Positions 39,072-51,499 of a stretch of DNA of 64,000 nt are shown piece after piece (positions within the stretch are counted from its first letter, which is position 1; each line of letters starts with the position of its first letter). A program made the translations under genes and the position numbers. Below the pieces are notes generated by a model. That model did no database searches, was not told the origin of the DNA, and saw only the letters and a program-made list of their open reading frames with translations. Source of the stretch: Octopus bimaculoides (lineage: Eukaryota); the NCBI RefSeq assembly GCF_001194135.2, contig NC_068995.1:24082393-24146392 (forward strand). Reading direction: 5' to 3'.

Positions 39072-39781
39072 CAGTGGCGGCTCGTGTATAGGCACCGTAG
39101 AACTGCAGCACCCCCTATTTCTACTCGATATTATCGATAACATTCAAGATAATGAGTCCTTTTTTCTTTAGTTCTTTCTTTATACTTGTACATTATATAA
39201 TCCTTAAATCTTAATGTCAGTAGCCATCCCCTAGTTTATGGAAAAAAATACAAAAAATGCTTTATAGAATTGTGCTCTTCTCAGTTCCAATCGACATGGT
39301 GCTTGACTATTGTGCGCATACTCACATGTCCGAGATAGGAATCTGCACGCTAGGGAGAGAGAGAGCACTATCGTTCAAGCAGTGCCAACAATTGTGTGCT
39401 GGTCAAAGGTAATGTTACTTTTTGACTCCACGTGTGTTGTGCTTCAAAACGTGTTTATATTCTTGAATGTGATAACGTGTAGAATTAGATTATTATCCTG
39501 CTTCCAGCTACAGTGTTGCTGCCAGGATTTGAAAAAATAGGGCAGATTTTCCCCCTTATTTTGTGATTTATGGGGGATTTTTGAAAAACAAGGGGTAATT
39601 CGCGGCGTTATTCAGTGAGCAAATTGAACGCACTATCCGGCATTGGTTAAAACGCGAACCGATCAAGTTTAAGTACAAATTTTCTTTTTATATGTTTGTT
39701 ACCTTTTACACAATATTAAAACAACGGATAAACATTTTTTGAAGCAGCAGCCCCACTAAATTAATCTACGATCCGCCATTA
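39072..39781. mobile_element. hAT-type non-autonomous element
   Basis: TIRs CAGTGGCGGCTCGT / ACGATCCGCCATTA. Flanking 8-mers ATTGCACT and ACTGTACT match at 6/8, consistent with the hAT 8-bp TSD. Confidence 0.7.
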
Positions 39782-39921
39782 ACTGTACTGCATATACACA
39801 GAATACATAATTTATAAACTATGTACTTACACATGTACTAAATTGTTGAAGAATACATGTACACAAACACCCCCGTACACGTGTGTGTGTGTGCGTGTGC
39901 GTGTGTGTGCGTGTATGTGTG

Positions 39922-39952
<31 letters not shown>

Positions 39953-40321
39953 ATGCGTGCGCGTGCGGTGTGTGTGTGTGTTCGCGCCCGCTTGTATATT
40001 TTGAATCTCGCACTCGTTTCATTCAGTATTGGTAATCGTTGAGAAGGCCAAGAGGATAAGAATGAGGTTGCTGATCATGATTAAAAGAAAAAGTGAGATA
40101 AAATGATTTTTAGAAGTGTAACGAAATTTCACTAGTTTTAAGTGAACTGAAAGTAGATGCTAATGGCGAATTAGCGAAGTGAATAACAGATGACCTATTT
40201 CAGTCAATCATTGTCAAAGCCACTAAAAGTGAAAGGATAATTGTCAAATGTTTGTTAAGGCCAAGGACAAATGGTAACGTGATATGCGTGTATGTGTGTG
40301 TGTGTGTGTTTGTATGCGCAC

Positions 40322-40480
40322 ACGTAGGAGTGGATTTGTTGTAAGAATCTTGCTTACCAACCACATGGATCCGGGTTCAGTCCCACAGCGTGACACCTTG
40401 GGCAAGTGGCTTCTCCTATAGTCTCGGGCCGACCAAAGCCTTGTAAGTGGATTTGGTAGACAGAAACTGAAAGAAGCCCG

Positions 40481-40516
<36 letters not shown>

Positions 40517-40572
40517 NNNNNNNNNNNNNNNNNNNNNNNNNNNNNNNNNNNNNNNNNNNNNNNNNNNNNNNN

Positions 40573-40609
<37 letters not shown>

Positions 40610-40800
40610 CTCCCCCAATATCACTTGATAACCGATGTTGGTGTATATACGTCCCCGTAATTTAGCAGTTCGGCAAAAAGAAACCGATAGAATAAGTACT
40701 AGGCTTACAAAGAATAAATCCTGAAGTCCATGTTTTCGACTACAGGCGGTGCTCCAGCATGGCCACAGTCAAAATGACAGAAACAAAATAATAAAAGAAT
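40322..40800 (+). mobile_element. SINE family A, full length; central microsatellite spans an N-gap
   Basis: Both halves are colinear around (TA)n-N-(TG)n. Confidence 0.92.
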
Positions 40801-42397
40801 ATATTTATATATATATATATATATATATTAAACGTCACAAAAGTAAACCTTATGTCTGAATATTTGTACTGATATTCTGGAACATCTTGATATTGATAAA
40901 AGCAAAGTGGGTATGCAACGAGAAAGCATTGCTAGTAATTTGAGAAAAAATAATTTACACGGCAAAAAATGAAACTCAAATCTGGAAAGCTTCAAGTTCT
41001 TAAGGTCCCACACGATAATATATCCGTTGCACTCTCTGTTTTGTTAACCAGCAGAGATCACATGTTGGGGGACATACACAAAATGTTTCAATACATGTAG
41101 TTCCAACATGCCTACCCGAATATTGTTATCCTTTATGCTCAAAACTGTGAACGTCTACTGCTCATTAACTCCTCGAATCCCCAAGGATGCCTTCCACACT
41201 TCGTTTGACATTAAAAAAATGCAAATCGAAATGGGAGTTATATAGTCACCAAACGAGATATGGTAGAGAAACGCTATAAGTGTGTTATATGTAAATGACC
41301 AATAAGAAATAGGTCATGTTTGGGACAAAATCTTGCGTTACCGATGTTTTCGAAATCAGATAGATTTAAAGTAATGTCGGTTCAGGCAAAAGTTGAACTC
41401 AGATTTGTCTCATCAAATGATGCTATACTGTTTCTCCTGTTTTCACTGTCTTTAAAAATTAGAATGTCGGAGGATTTTTCTTTCAAAGGGAAGTATAAAA
41501 GGAGGTGAATGCACTTTACTATAGTACTACTATTTATATTATCGACTTCCGGCAATAAAAGATTCATTAGTAAATTTGAGCCAGAGGGGGGAAAACGAAG
41601 CCAATTTCAGCTGTATATTTAATCCAGTATTCCTTTAATGCCCCACCCCAATCCATATTTCCGAAAACTTATTGGATTCTTCGCAACATATGAATAATTT
41701 AGTTTATTTCTAGGTAAGCTAGTTGCCAAAATCATGTTAAACACAGGAATATACATATTGAACAATATGCAGCACTTCAGTAATTATTGATAATTAAAAA
41801 TACAACCAATGATTTTAGACGATTGAATTGAGCCAGAAAGCGATTCTCGATATTTCTATTGAGAATAAGTTATACTCCGACCTGACTATGAAAGAAGTCC
41901 CAAACCGAACTCGAAACAGCGAGATATCGAAAGAGTTACAGTAAAGCGTAATGCATAGTTTGTAAATGCCTTCGCTATAACCACGGCTCTTAATTTAAGT
42001 TAAAACAGCTTATCTCTAAATAGATACTAACGAGAGCAATATTTTCTTTTCCGATGGCAAGTGCAACAAAATTTGTTCTATTGATAGTAATATTACTTAC
42101 TATCAGCGGATGAAATAATGAGGATGCTATAACCATTAAATAACCTTGAAATCTAAACTTATGGTGGGCAGCTTTCATATAGCGTAACTTAGGCTTTTCG
42201 TAACCAGAGGCTGTAATGGCCAGATGCTTTTAAAACTCATAAATTCAGTAACCACATTAACTCGATTGGTTTACTTTTATAGCCAATATATAAAACGCCT
42301 CAACGTACGAAAATAGCTGGATCCAATCAACTTTTATAGAGAAACTATGGCTATATACTTCAGCATATAATGATATACTTATGTGAGTGTGTGTGTT

Positions 42398-42439
<42 letters not shown>

Positions 42440-42529
42440 CACACAAACATACATTCATACACACACACACTCACACACATACATATATATATATATATAT
42501 TTATATAGATACATATATATATACATGTG

Positions 42530-42607
<78 letters not shown>

Positions 42608-43002
42608 CACCTTCCAATGAATACTTGCATTCAATTATTGTTATTCATGCATAAAAATGAGGAAAGCAATGTGCATGTAACAACAGAAATTGTAAAACAA
42701 TATGGTAGGATTTATTGATCTTCTTCATAAAGACAAGTACATCTGAACCCGGTCGACCATATTGGTTCTAAAAATAAAACGTTACTTTATTTGCGCTCAT
42801 TGACTTACACTAACGTTGATATATATATATGAGAGCGTCTGCACGCGTGTGTGTGAGTAAGTGTGTGCGCATGTATATGTATGTATGTGTATATATATAT
42901 TATATACACACAAAAACACCCCCAGTTACTCCCACACACACACATACATACTTCCATATATATATACATGCACACATATATATATGGAAGTATGGGTGTG
43001 TG

Positions 43003-43061
<59 letters not shown>

Positions 43062-43172
43062 TGGTGTGCCTGATTCTGTGTAACGTGCATATATGTATCG
43101 ATTTCTAAAACGATAATTTTTATACCTTTCTACCTTAAAACGGAAATATCGATTCCAGTACCTTGATGAAAA

Positions 43173-43203
<31 letters not shown>

Positions 43204-43586
43204 TGTATGTATGCATGCATGCATGCATGCATGTATGCATGTATGTATGTATGTATACAGGCATATATGGATACTAAGAAAGCAGGTAGGTTTGTCGGCC
43301 CACACGTACACATCTCCCAACTAACCTACAAGATGTATCGGTTATTTTTTCTAATTATTTTAATTCATAAAATGATTAAGGTGTTTTAAATGATAACAAA
43401 GGTGAGAAGTTAGTCATTAAACTTGAGAAAATTTTTTTTTCCATTTTTGCTGTTCTCTTTAGCTAGCAACTTGCTTTGCCTGAAAACCCGCAACAATTTG
43501 AGTTGCCACTTAGTCATATGGTTTATACATGCACATATGCTTATGTTGAAATATATGTAGTTATGCTTCTGTCTGTCTATTTATCA

Positions 43587-43947
43587 ATGCAGGCGTGGGT
43601 GATTGGTAAGAAGCTTGCTTTCCAACCACATTGTTCCGGGTTCAGCCCCACAGCATGGTGCCTTGGGCAAGTGCCTTCTGCCGTAGCCTCAGGCCGACCA
43701 AAGCCTTGTAAATGGATTTGCTAGACGGAAACTGAAAGAAGCTTGTCATGTGCGTGTGTGTGTGTGACCACTACCATCGCTTAACAACCGGTGTACGGTT
43801 GTTTACGTTCCTGTAACCTACCGGTTCGGCAAAGAAGACCAACAGAATAACTACCAGGCTTTAAAAGTACTGGGGTCAATTCATTCAACTAAAAATTCTT
43901 CAATGTGATGCTCCAGCATGGCCGGTGTGTGAAACAGATAAAAGATA
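43587..43947 (+). mobile_element. SINE family A, full length
   Basis: gcaggcgtgggtgattggtaagaagcttgc...ccttgggcaagtg...aaacagataaaagata. Confidence 0.92.
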
Positions 43948-44388
43948 CATATCCATTTAAACGCATACACATACATTTGAGCCATAGAGCACCGCAGCGT
44001 AACTTAGGTGCAGGTCTGAAGAAGTGCCACTTTAATGTTTAAAACTACAAATGCGCTAATTTTCACTTGAAACATTTGCGTGAACTGGCGTGGAAAGCAG
44101 AGTTGGTGCGGAAATAAATGTAACAATGAATAGATAATTATACATACATACATACATACATACAAACATACAAACATACAAATATATATATATATATANN
44201 NNNNNNNNNNNNNNNNNNNNNNNNNNNNNNNNNNNNNNNNNNNNNNNNNNNNNNNNNNNNNNNNNNNNNNNNNNNNNNNNNNNNNNNNNNNNNNNNNNNN
44301 NNNNNNNNNNNNNNNNNNNNNNNNNNNNNNNNNNNNNNNNNNNNNNNNNNNNNNNNNNNNNNNNNNNNNNNNNNNNNNNNNNNNNNNN

Positions 44389-45125
44389 ATATCATTATAC
44401 CAAGGGATTGGCTATAAGCCTCTCTACGCGCTAGAAAAATAGACGACAAAAGACACTATTACCACCTTAAAAACTCTGAAAGATAAAACAGCGGGCAGTA
44501 GTCGGGTAGAAGAAAGTAATGGGTTAAACTTTTGGTTAACCGTGTACAAGATCCTGTTTCAAGCTTAAAGTAAAAAAAAAAATTACTTACTGCTCTCATC
44601 AGCAACGGTATTCCATAGCATAAATTGACGAGTATCTACACATACGTATACGAGCAACGACTTCGCACAGCAATATATATATATGGGAGAATTTCCGAAA
44701 ACAACAACAATAGACGAGGACAGGTGGTGTAAACAACAAAAGGATGTATTAGTTTAACGTTCGGGAATAGAGAAAGTCTTTAACGTTTCGAGCTACACTC
44801 TTCAACAGAAAGAATACGGAAAAAAACAAGGAGAAAAACACGGAGAAAAAAAAACTAGTAGTAATATACAGGAAAGTAGAATTTTGATATCTCTTTTACA
44901 ACCACGTGAACCACTTGTGGTATATCAAACCATACTCTGCAGTGAATGCAGTGTTGATCAAGGAGTAAATTTTCCAAATATTAATTATAATAAAGGGTAA
45001 AATCGTTAATGATTTTACCGGGAGATACGTATATAATTATTAAAATATTTGTAAAATTTACCTATTAGGTTTTTATTTCCGCGCTGACACCACTGGTAAA
45101 ATCATTAATGATCCTTACCAATTAT
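44389..45125 (-). mobile_element. Second copy of the ~500-bp HHR repeat (minus strand), with an inverted copy of its 3' end and a ~200-bp insertion
   Basis: 44389-45020 is the reverse complement of 14216-14650. 45028-45125 is a same-strand match to 14652-14750. Confidence 0.8.
44539..44609 (-). ncRNA. Type I hammerhead ribozyme motif, intact core
   Basis: ACCGTTG-CTGATGA-GAGC...GCTT-GAAA-CAGGATCTTG-TA-CACGGT. Helix I 6 bp with one bulge, helix II 4 bp plus extension, helix III near-palindromic, GUA site. Confidence 0.78.
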
Positions 45126-45666
45126 TATATATATATATATATATATNNNNNNNNNNNNNNNNNNNNNNNNNNNNNNNNNNNNNNNNNNNNNNNNNNNNNN
45201 NNNNNNNNNNNNNNNNNNNNNNNNNNNNNNNNNNNNNNNNNNNNNNNNNNNNNNNNNNNNNNNNNNNNNNNNNNNNNNNNNNNNNNNNNNNNNNNNNNNN
45301 NNNNNNNNNNNNNNNNNNNNNNNNNNNNNNNNNNNNNNNNNNNNNNNNNNNNNNNNNNNNNNNNNNNNNNNNNNNNNNNNNNNNNNNNNNNNNNNNNNNN
45401 NNNNNNNNNNNNNNNNNNNNNNNNNNNNNNNNNNNNNNNNNNNNNNNNNNNNNNNNNNNNNNNNNNNNNNNNNNNNNNNNNNNNNNNNNNNNNNNNNNNN
45501 NNNNNNNNNNNNNNNNNNNNNNNNNNNNNNNNTTATGAAGGGTATTAAATTGAACCAAACCCAAAGATACAGGTAATACCAAGTAAGTGCTGTATACCGG
45601 CTAGTTTTGCCCTTTTTGTTGTAGAAACATGAGTGGGGAATATAACATAAGTCATGTATTAGCGTG

Positions 45667-46293
45667 TATATGTATAAAGAGAGAAAAGGATAAAGAGACC
45701 AATGGCAAAGTTAGAAATATATGTTTTATGGATGAAGTCTTACAGCTGTTTCAGGTAAAATCCAATGTATCCCTTCATCGGAGACGGTAATAGTAGAGGA
45801 ATGAATTATTATATCTATAAGAGGAGAGTTGTAGTAAGACACGAGAGCGATGTGCTGAAAAAAGAACAAAGAAGAAACAGTACTTGTAGTGGAGCTTCAT
45901 TCAGGCAGTAAACATCCATGTAAATAATCCTTGTAGGTATTCTCCGGAGATGATTGTAGTAGCAATCAGGGCACGATATGATATATATCCACCTTTGCTA
46001 CTACAATCATCTCCGGAAAATACCCACAAGGATTATTTACATGGATGTTTACTGCCTGAATGAAGCTCCACTACAAGTACTGTTTCTTCTTTGTTCTTTT
46101 TTCAGCACATCGCTCTCACGTCTTACTACAACTAGCCTCTTATAGATGTAATAATCCATTCCTCTACTAATACCGTCTCTGATGAAGGGATACATTGGAT
46201 TTTACCTGAAACAGCTGTAAGACTTTAGCCATAAAACATATATTTCTAACTTTGCCATTGGTCTCTTTATCCTTTTCTCTCTTCATACGTATA
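45667..46293. repeat. Long fold-back: ~299-bp arms (~95% identical), 29-nt loop; PLE-type terminal repeat
   Basis: Manual alignment of 45667-45965 vs 45995-46293 gave about 14 substitutions and no indels. Confidence 0.97.
46175..46223 (+). ncRNA. Minimal type I hammerhead ribozyme motif, intact core
   Basis: GTCT-CTGATGA-AGG...CCT-GAAA-C AGCT G-TA-AGAC with a palindromic tetraloop in helix III. The mirror copy at 45737-45785 (-) has CCGATGA. Confidence 0.75.
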
Positions 46294-46669
46294 TATATAT
46301 AGGCGCATGTAGGTGGGTGTGCGGGCGCGCATGTGTATGTATGGACATGCGCGCTTACGCGATTACTATGAACATTTTTACTCCCTTACCTTTACTCCTT
46401 CCCCTTACTTAGCGGTCATTCTAATAGCTCTTTTGTCTTCNNNNNNNNNNNNNNNNNNNNNNNNNNNNNNNNNNNNNNNNNNNNNNNNNNNNNNNNNNNN
46501 NNNNNNNNNNNNNNNNNNNNNNNNNNNNNNNNNNNNNNNNNNNNNNNNNNNNNNNNNNNNNNNNNNNNNNNNNNNNNNNNNNNNNNNNNNNNNNNNNNNN
46601 NNNNNNNNNNNNNNNNNNNNNNNNNNNNNNNNNNNNNNNNNNNNNNNNNNNNNNNNNNNNNNNNNNNNN

Positions 46670-46707
<38 letters not shown>

Positions 46708-46976
46708 ATGCGGGTATGTATATATTTTTGGGTGGGTGAGCATGTGTATGTTTCAAGTGAAGGTGGATGAGTATATATATATAGGCGCATGTAGGTGGGT
46801 GTGCGGGCGCGCATGTGTATGTATGGACATGCGCGCTTACGCGATTACTATGAACATTTTTACTCCCTTACCTTTACTCCTTCCCCTTACTTAGCGGTCA
46901 TTCTAATAGCTCTTTTGTCTTCATAACGGTCAATCACACGGTAATTTCCATTTTCATAGCATGTTTTTCGATGGCC

Positions 46977-47040
46977 AGATAACTGAAGAGATGGCGGCGT
47001 GGGTCTCCGCCCCGACATCCGAAACTCGAAGTTTTACCAT
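46977..47040 (+). ncRNA. Degenerate HHR motif (further family)
   Basis: GATAA-CTGAAGA-GATGGCGG...CCGCC..CATCC-GAAA-CTCGAAG-TT-TTACC. A truncated homologue ggccgataactgaagagg occurs at ~14973-14990. Confidence 0.45.
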
Positions 47041-48316
47041 GGCTACCGAATAATTGTCACATATTTACAGATAAATTCCTCTATTTACATAATACCGAGG
47101 TCTCCTTCATTCGTTTGTTGTCTTACCATTTCTATCAATATATATATATATATATTATTTTACCAGTTTCAGCTCAAAGCTGTGGCCATGCTGGAGCACC
47201 GCCGTTTCGCTAAACTATTATAATTGAGAACCTCCTCTGATGTGTGGCATTTATATATAAAAAATATACACGTATGCATCTAAATGCATATTGTTGCATA
47301 TATATATATATGTATATATGTATGTATATATATTCTTGTGGTTTTGCTTGCATGTGAGAGTTAGAAGATTAGTTGCTTGCACTGTTTCCATGACGTGACA
47401 ACTTCCTCTACTTTATCAGAGAAAGGCTTCACAGCACAAAGAAGCTCTTCAATAGATAAACTATTAAAACCAAAAGATAAAAACACATTAAGTTTCTCGT
47501 ATAATTTTGTGTCAAAGCCTTGATAGAACTTCCTTTTTAATGCTTTACTTATTGTTTTTTGACTCTTTCGCGATGTATCCTTTCATTTCCCTTTTTAATT
47601 GTTTTGCGACTTATCAGTTCCAAGAATTATATGTGGCTTATGTAATCGTTTTCTCCAAAATTACAAATTTTAAAGGAAATTATTACATCCAAATGTGTGA
47701 TACATCTAAAGGAAATTTAGGCATACAATGTGAAATAGAGAAGGTGTAAGTAACAATAGATCGACTGAATAACAGTTTATTTCATGACGCCTACGGTTTT
47801 CCTATACGTATGTATACACTATATATATATATATATATATATATATNNNNNNNNNNNNNNNNNNNNNNNNNNNNNNNNNNNNNNNNNNNNNNNNNNNNNN
47901 NNNNNNNNNNNNNNNNNNNNNNNNNNNNNNNNNNNNNNNNNNNNNNNNNNNNNNNNNNNNNNNNNNNNNNNNNNNNNNNNNNNNNNNNNNNNNNNNNNNN
48001 NNNNNNNNNNNNNNNNNNNNNNNNNNNNNNNNNNNNNNNNNNNNNNNNNNNNNNNNNNNNNNNNNNNNNNNNNNNNNNNNNNNNNNNNNNNNNNNNNNNN
48101 NNNNNNNNNNNNNNNNNNNNNNNNNNNNNNNNNNNNNNNNNNNNNNNNNNNNNNNNNNNNNNNNNNNNNNNNNNNNNNNNNNNNNNNNNNNNNNNNNNNN
48201 NNNNNNNNNNNNNNNNNNNNNNNNNNNNNNNNNNNNNNNNNNNNNNNNNNNNNNNNNNNNNNNNNNNNNNNNNNNNNNNNNNNNNNNNNNNNNNNNNNNN
48301 NNNNNACATATATGTG

Positions 48317-48378
<62 letters not shown>

Positions 48379-50293
48379 TATGTATATATGTAAATATTTC
48401 AGTTTCTGTCCACCAAATCCACTCACAAGGCTTTGGTCGACCCAGAGAGTATCCGTGCGATAGCATACACAATAAATAAATGTATATATTCACCATTACA
48501 CATGTTTCATTTGCAAATAGGAATTACAGAGTTTTACATGTTAGGTAAACATGTAAGGGATTTCATATTAGAAATTCTTCAAATAGAAAATTAAATAATA
48601 CAAAGCGTTTATATTTAGTAATCAGTAGTATAGATAGTTGAGGTGAAACAAGGAAGGGAAAATTTGATATTACAGAAGAGAAAAGAGAGACAGAGATAGT
48701 TATACACATGCACACATATACACGTGCACACACACACACAAACACGTACACACACAAACGCGTACACATACACACACAAACACACCTAGAACAACATGTG
48801 AAGTTACATGCATGTATGTGTTCAATCGCGAGTATGTGTTGATTTAATCATGTGACTATGCGCGCGCACTTGCGTGTGAGAGAGAGAGAGCCTGTTTGTC
48901 TATGCTTTTGATGTGCACATATGAGTGTATGAGGGAGTATAATATCTCTCGTGCATCATGCATCTGCATTAAATTATATTGTCTACCAAGAACGTTATAG
49001 AAAAGTCAACGAAAACAATCCAACAAGTTATAAAGCAAATTATCCACCAAAGACATTACTGAGAGACCAAAGGATTTAGTCTACATTACTAATAACGTGT
49101 TATCGCCCCTCTCACTTATCTGTTTCTTTCTAATGCTATGGATTATCAAGATTTGTTGTAAATTACCGGTTCTATCTCTGGAAGCGAGGATAATTTCAAT
49201 AAATCAAGATGCTTAATATACCCTTATTCGTTTTTATATGTATGTATGTACGTATGTATGTATGTATGTATGTGTTTATGTATGTGTTTATGTGAGCGTG
49301 TGTGCGTGTGTGTGTGAATGTTGTATAAATCCTATACACGCCAGCGTTCTTGAAGATAAAACAAAGAAAACAAATTAAGAAACAACATGTGGCTTTAAAA
49401 TCTATTCTTTAGATCTATAGAACTATTTCCATGTGATTCCCTCTTTCTGAAACAAGTAAGTTACAATGCATATTCTAGTTGTATTGTGAGGGACGTGAGC
49501 TCATGTTTCTGCTGCTGCTGCTGCTGCTGCTGCTGTTGTTGCTGTTCTTGTTGTTGTTGCTGTTACTTTTGCCATTTCTGTTCATGCTGGTGTTATTTAG
49601 CCTTCAGTCAACCTTGGCTGGACAGCTCTATCATCAAAGATGATCCATCCATGACCATCTCCGCAGTTTTTAAGAGTTTGATTTGCGGAATATTTGGTTG
49701 CTATTTCTAGTAGTCAAGCGACTACGCAGAGACGTCCATAGATTTTTTTTTTTTTCTTAGAGCATCAACTAGAAATGCAAAACCCTAAACTCATTGTAAG
49801 TGAACAAACTTTGTATACCTAAGAAGTAATCATCGAGTCTCATTCCAAGATGCGGATATTACACAGATTACGGAATAAATCCTACAACACTACACTGTTA
49901 CAAACAAAACTATATTTGTACTTTCGGAAGGTCATACTGCCAATGAGAGCATGTGCGCTGGTTATGTTTTACTTCAGTTTTATTACCAAGCAAATAATTA
50001 AATTTCCCAATTGGTTAATCGATTAATCTCTCAATGTCCCTTCGTCATAGTCTCTAAACTTATCGATGACTATGTGCCTCTCAAACACCTTACTCCCCTC
50101 CGCACTTATTGCAGGCATGCTGTTTTCTAATATATGTATGTCTATGCGCATGTATGTGCATGGAGTTTGTATCTGTCTACTTATATCTATGGCCGTGTGT
50201 GTTTGTGTGTATCTGTCTACTTATGCGTGTGCCGTTTTTCAAACATTAGTTAATTTGCTTTCGTAATTTCTGTAATATTAATTCTGTGTCTAA

Positions 50294-50506
50294 GGTGGCG
50301 AGCTGGCAGAATCGTTAGCATGCCAGGGAAAATGCTTAATTGTACTTGGTCCGTCTTTACGTTCTGTGTTTAAATTCTGCCGAGGTTAACTTTCGCTTTC
50401 GTCCTCTCGGGATCGATAAAGTAAGCACCAGTCGAGTATTGGGGTTGATATAATTGATTTTTCCCCTACTCCGAACTTACTGGCCTTGTGCCAAAATTTG
50501 AAACCA
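50294..50506 (+). mobile_element. SINE family B, full length
   Basis: ggtggcgagctggcagaatcgttagcatgcc...ggccttgtgccaaaatttgaaacca. Confidence 0.93.
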
Positions 50507-51499
50507 TTATTAAAATGGTATCTTGAAACAAGGTCATAATTCACGTCTTCCAATAGACTTGTACTTTAGTGAGGCATCTTTTTAAACATTTATTTATTCT
50601 GGCCTACAGCCAGACCTCTAACCAACTGAAAATCAGCAAATCAAGTTTTCTCGCAAGAAAATTAAGATATCGGTAATGAGAGCTTAAAATAACTATGCTT
50701 TACATCATGAGTTTGTATAAATTCTTAGAACCGGTATTGATTAATTGTGTATATTTGTAAGTCTAAATACGGTTATACTTATCTGAGGAGGTTTAATAAT
50801 TCTGAAACATATACTTATTCTGCACTGTTTTCTATTTTATTTTTATCAATTTGAATTGCGGTCTTGTTTCATTTGCCTTTCTTGGCAAGACTTTTCCTTA
50901 ACACTAATGATTTTTCTGTTCAGTATTGATTATTTGGGGGCTCACTGTATTTTAGCTCCACTTATCTATATGCTCTTCAATTAGAAGGCATTTCAGGAAA
51001 GAAATATTCTTTGTATTATTTATTAGAAACCACGTTTCAAATTATGCTCTGTTGTATCGATTAACAATTTCAATGAAATATTCAACAGAGATTTCTAAGA
51101 GTAACACGATTCTCAAGATACGACAAAATCGCTAAAATCAGCCCCAGTTCATAATGTATCGAATCCATAGACTCTACGAGCACTTCTACCGTTCTATCAT
51201 ACACCACCCTAAAATAACAATTAGTTGAAAAGCATTACTGGAATCATTGAAATAATCTTTTGAAATAAAGATAAAATATTATAATTTATCCAGTGAATTC
51301 GAACTGTTTGAATGATCGAAATAGTGTCAACACAGTTTGTGATATTTAATGTAATAGGTCTTTTTATTTCATTTTCATTTATTTATGTTTGTGTTGGATT
51401 GATCTCGAGGAGGAGGATGAACCCACAACCTTCGAAGCCTGTGATTGATGCAGTTACTGTTCGTTGACTGTTGTAAGTTGCCGACTTCAAGTAAAGCAT

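Noticed and set aside
44750-44815. HHR-like GAGTGTAGCTC-GAAACGTT on the minus strand (related copy at 25030-25070)
   Set aside because: The core reads CTGTTGAA/CTGTCGAA rather than CUGANGA and helix I does not pair adjacent to the core. It may be a variant but cannot be supported by eye.
46301-46922. Identical 140-bp direct repeat (46301-46440 and 46783-46922) flanking an N-gap
   Set aside because: 100% identity with one copy ending exactly at the gap edge is typical of overlapping contig ends or a haplotype artefact, not a biological duplication.
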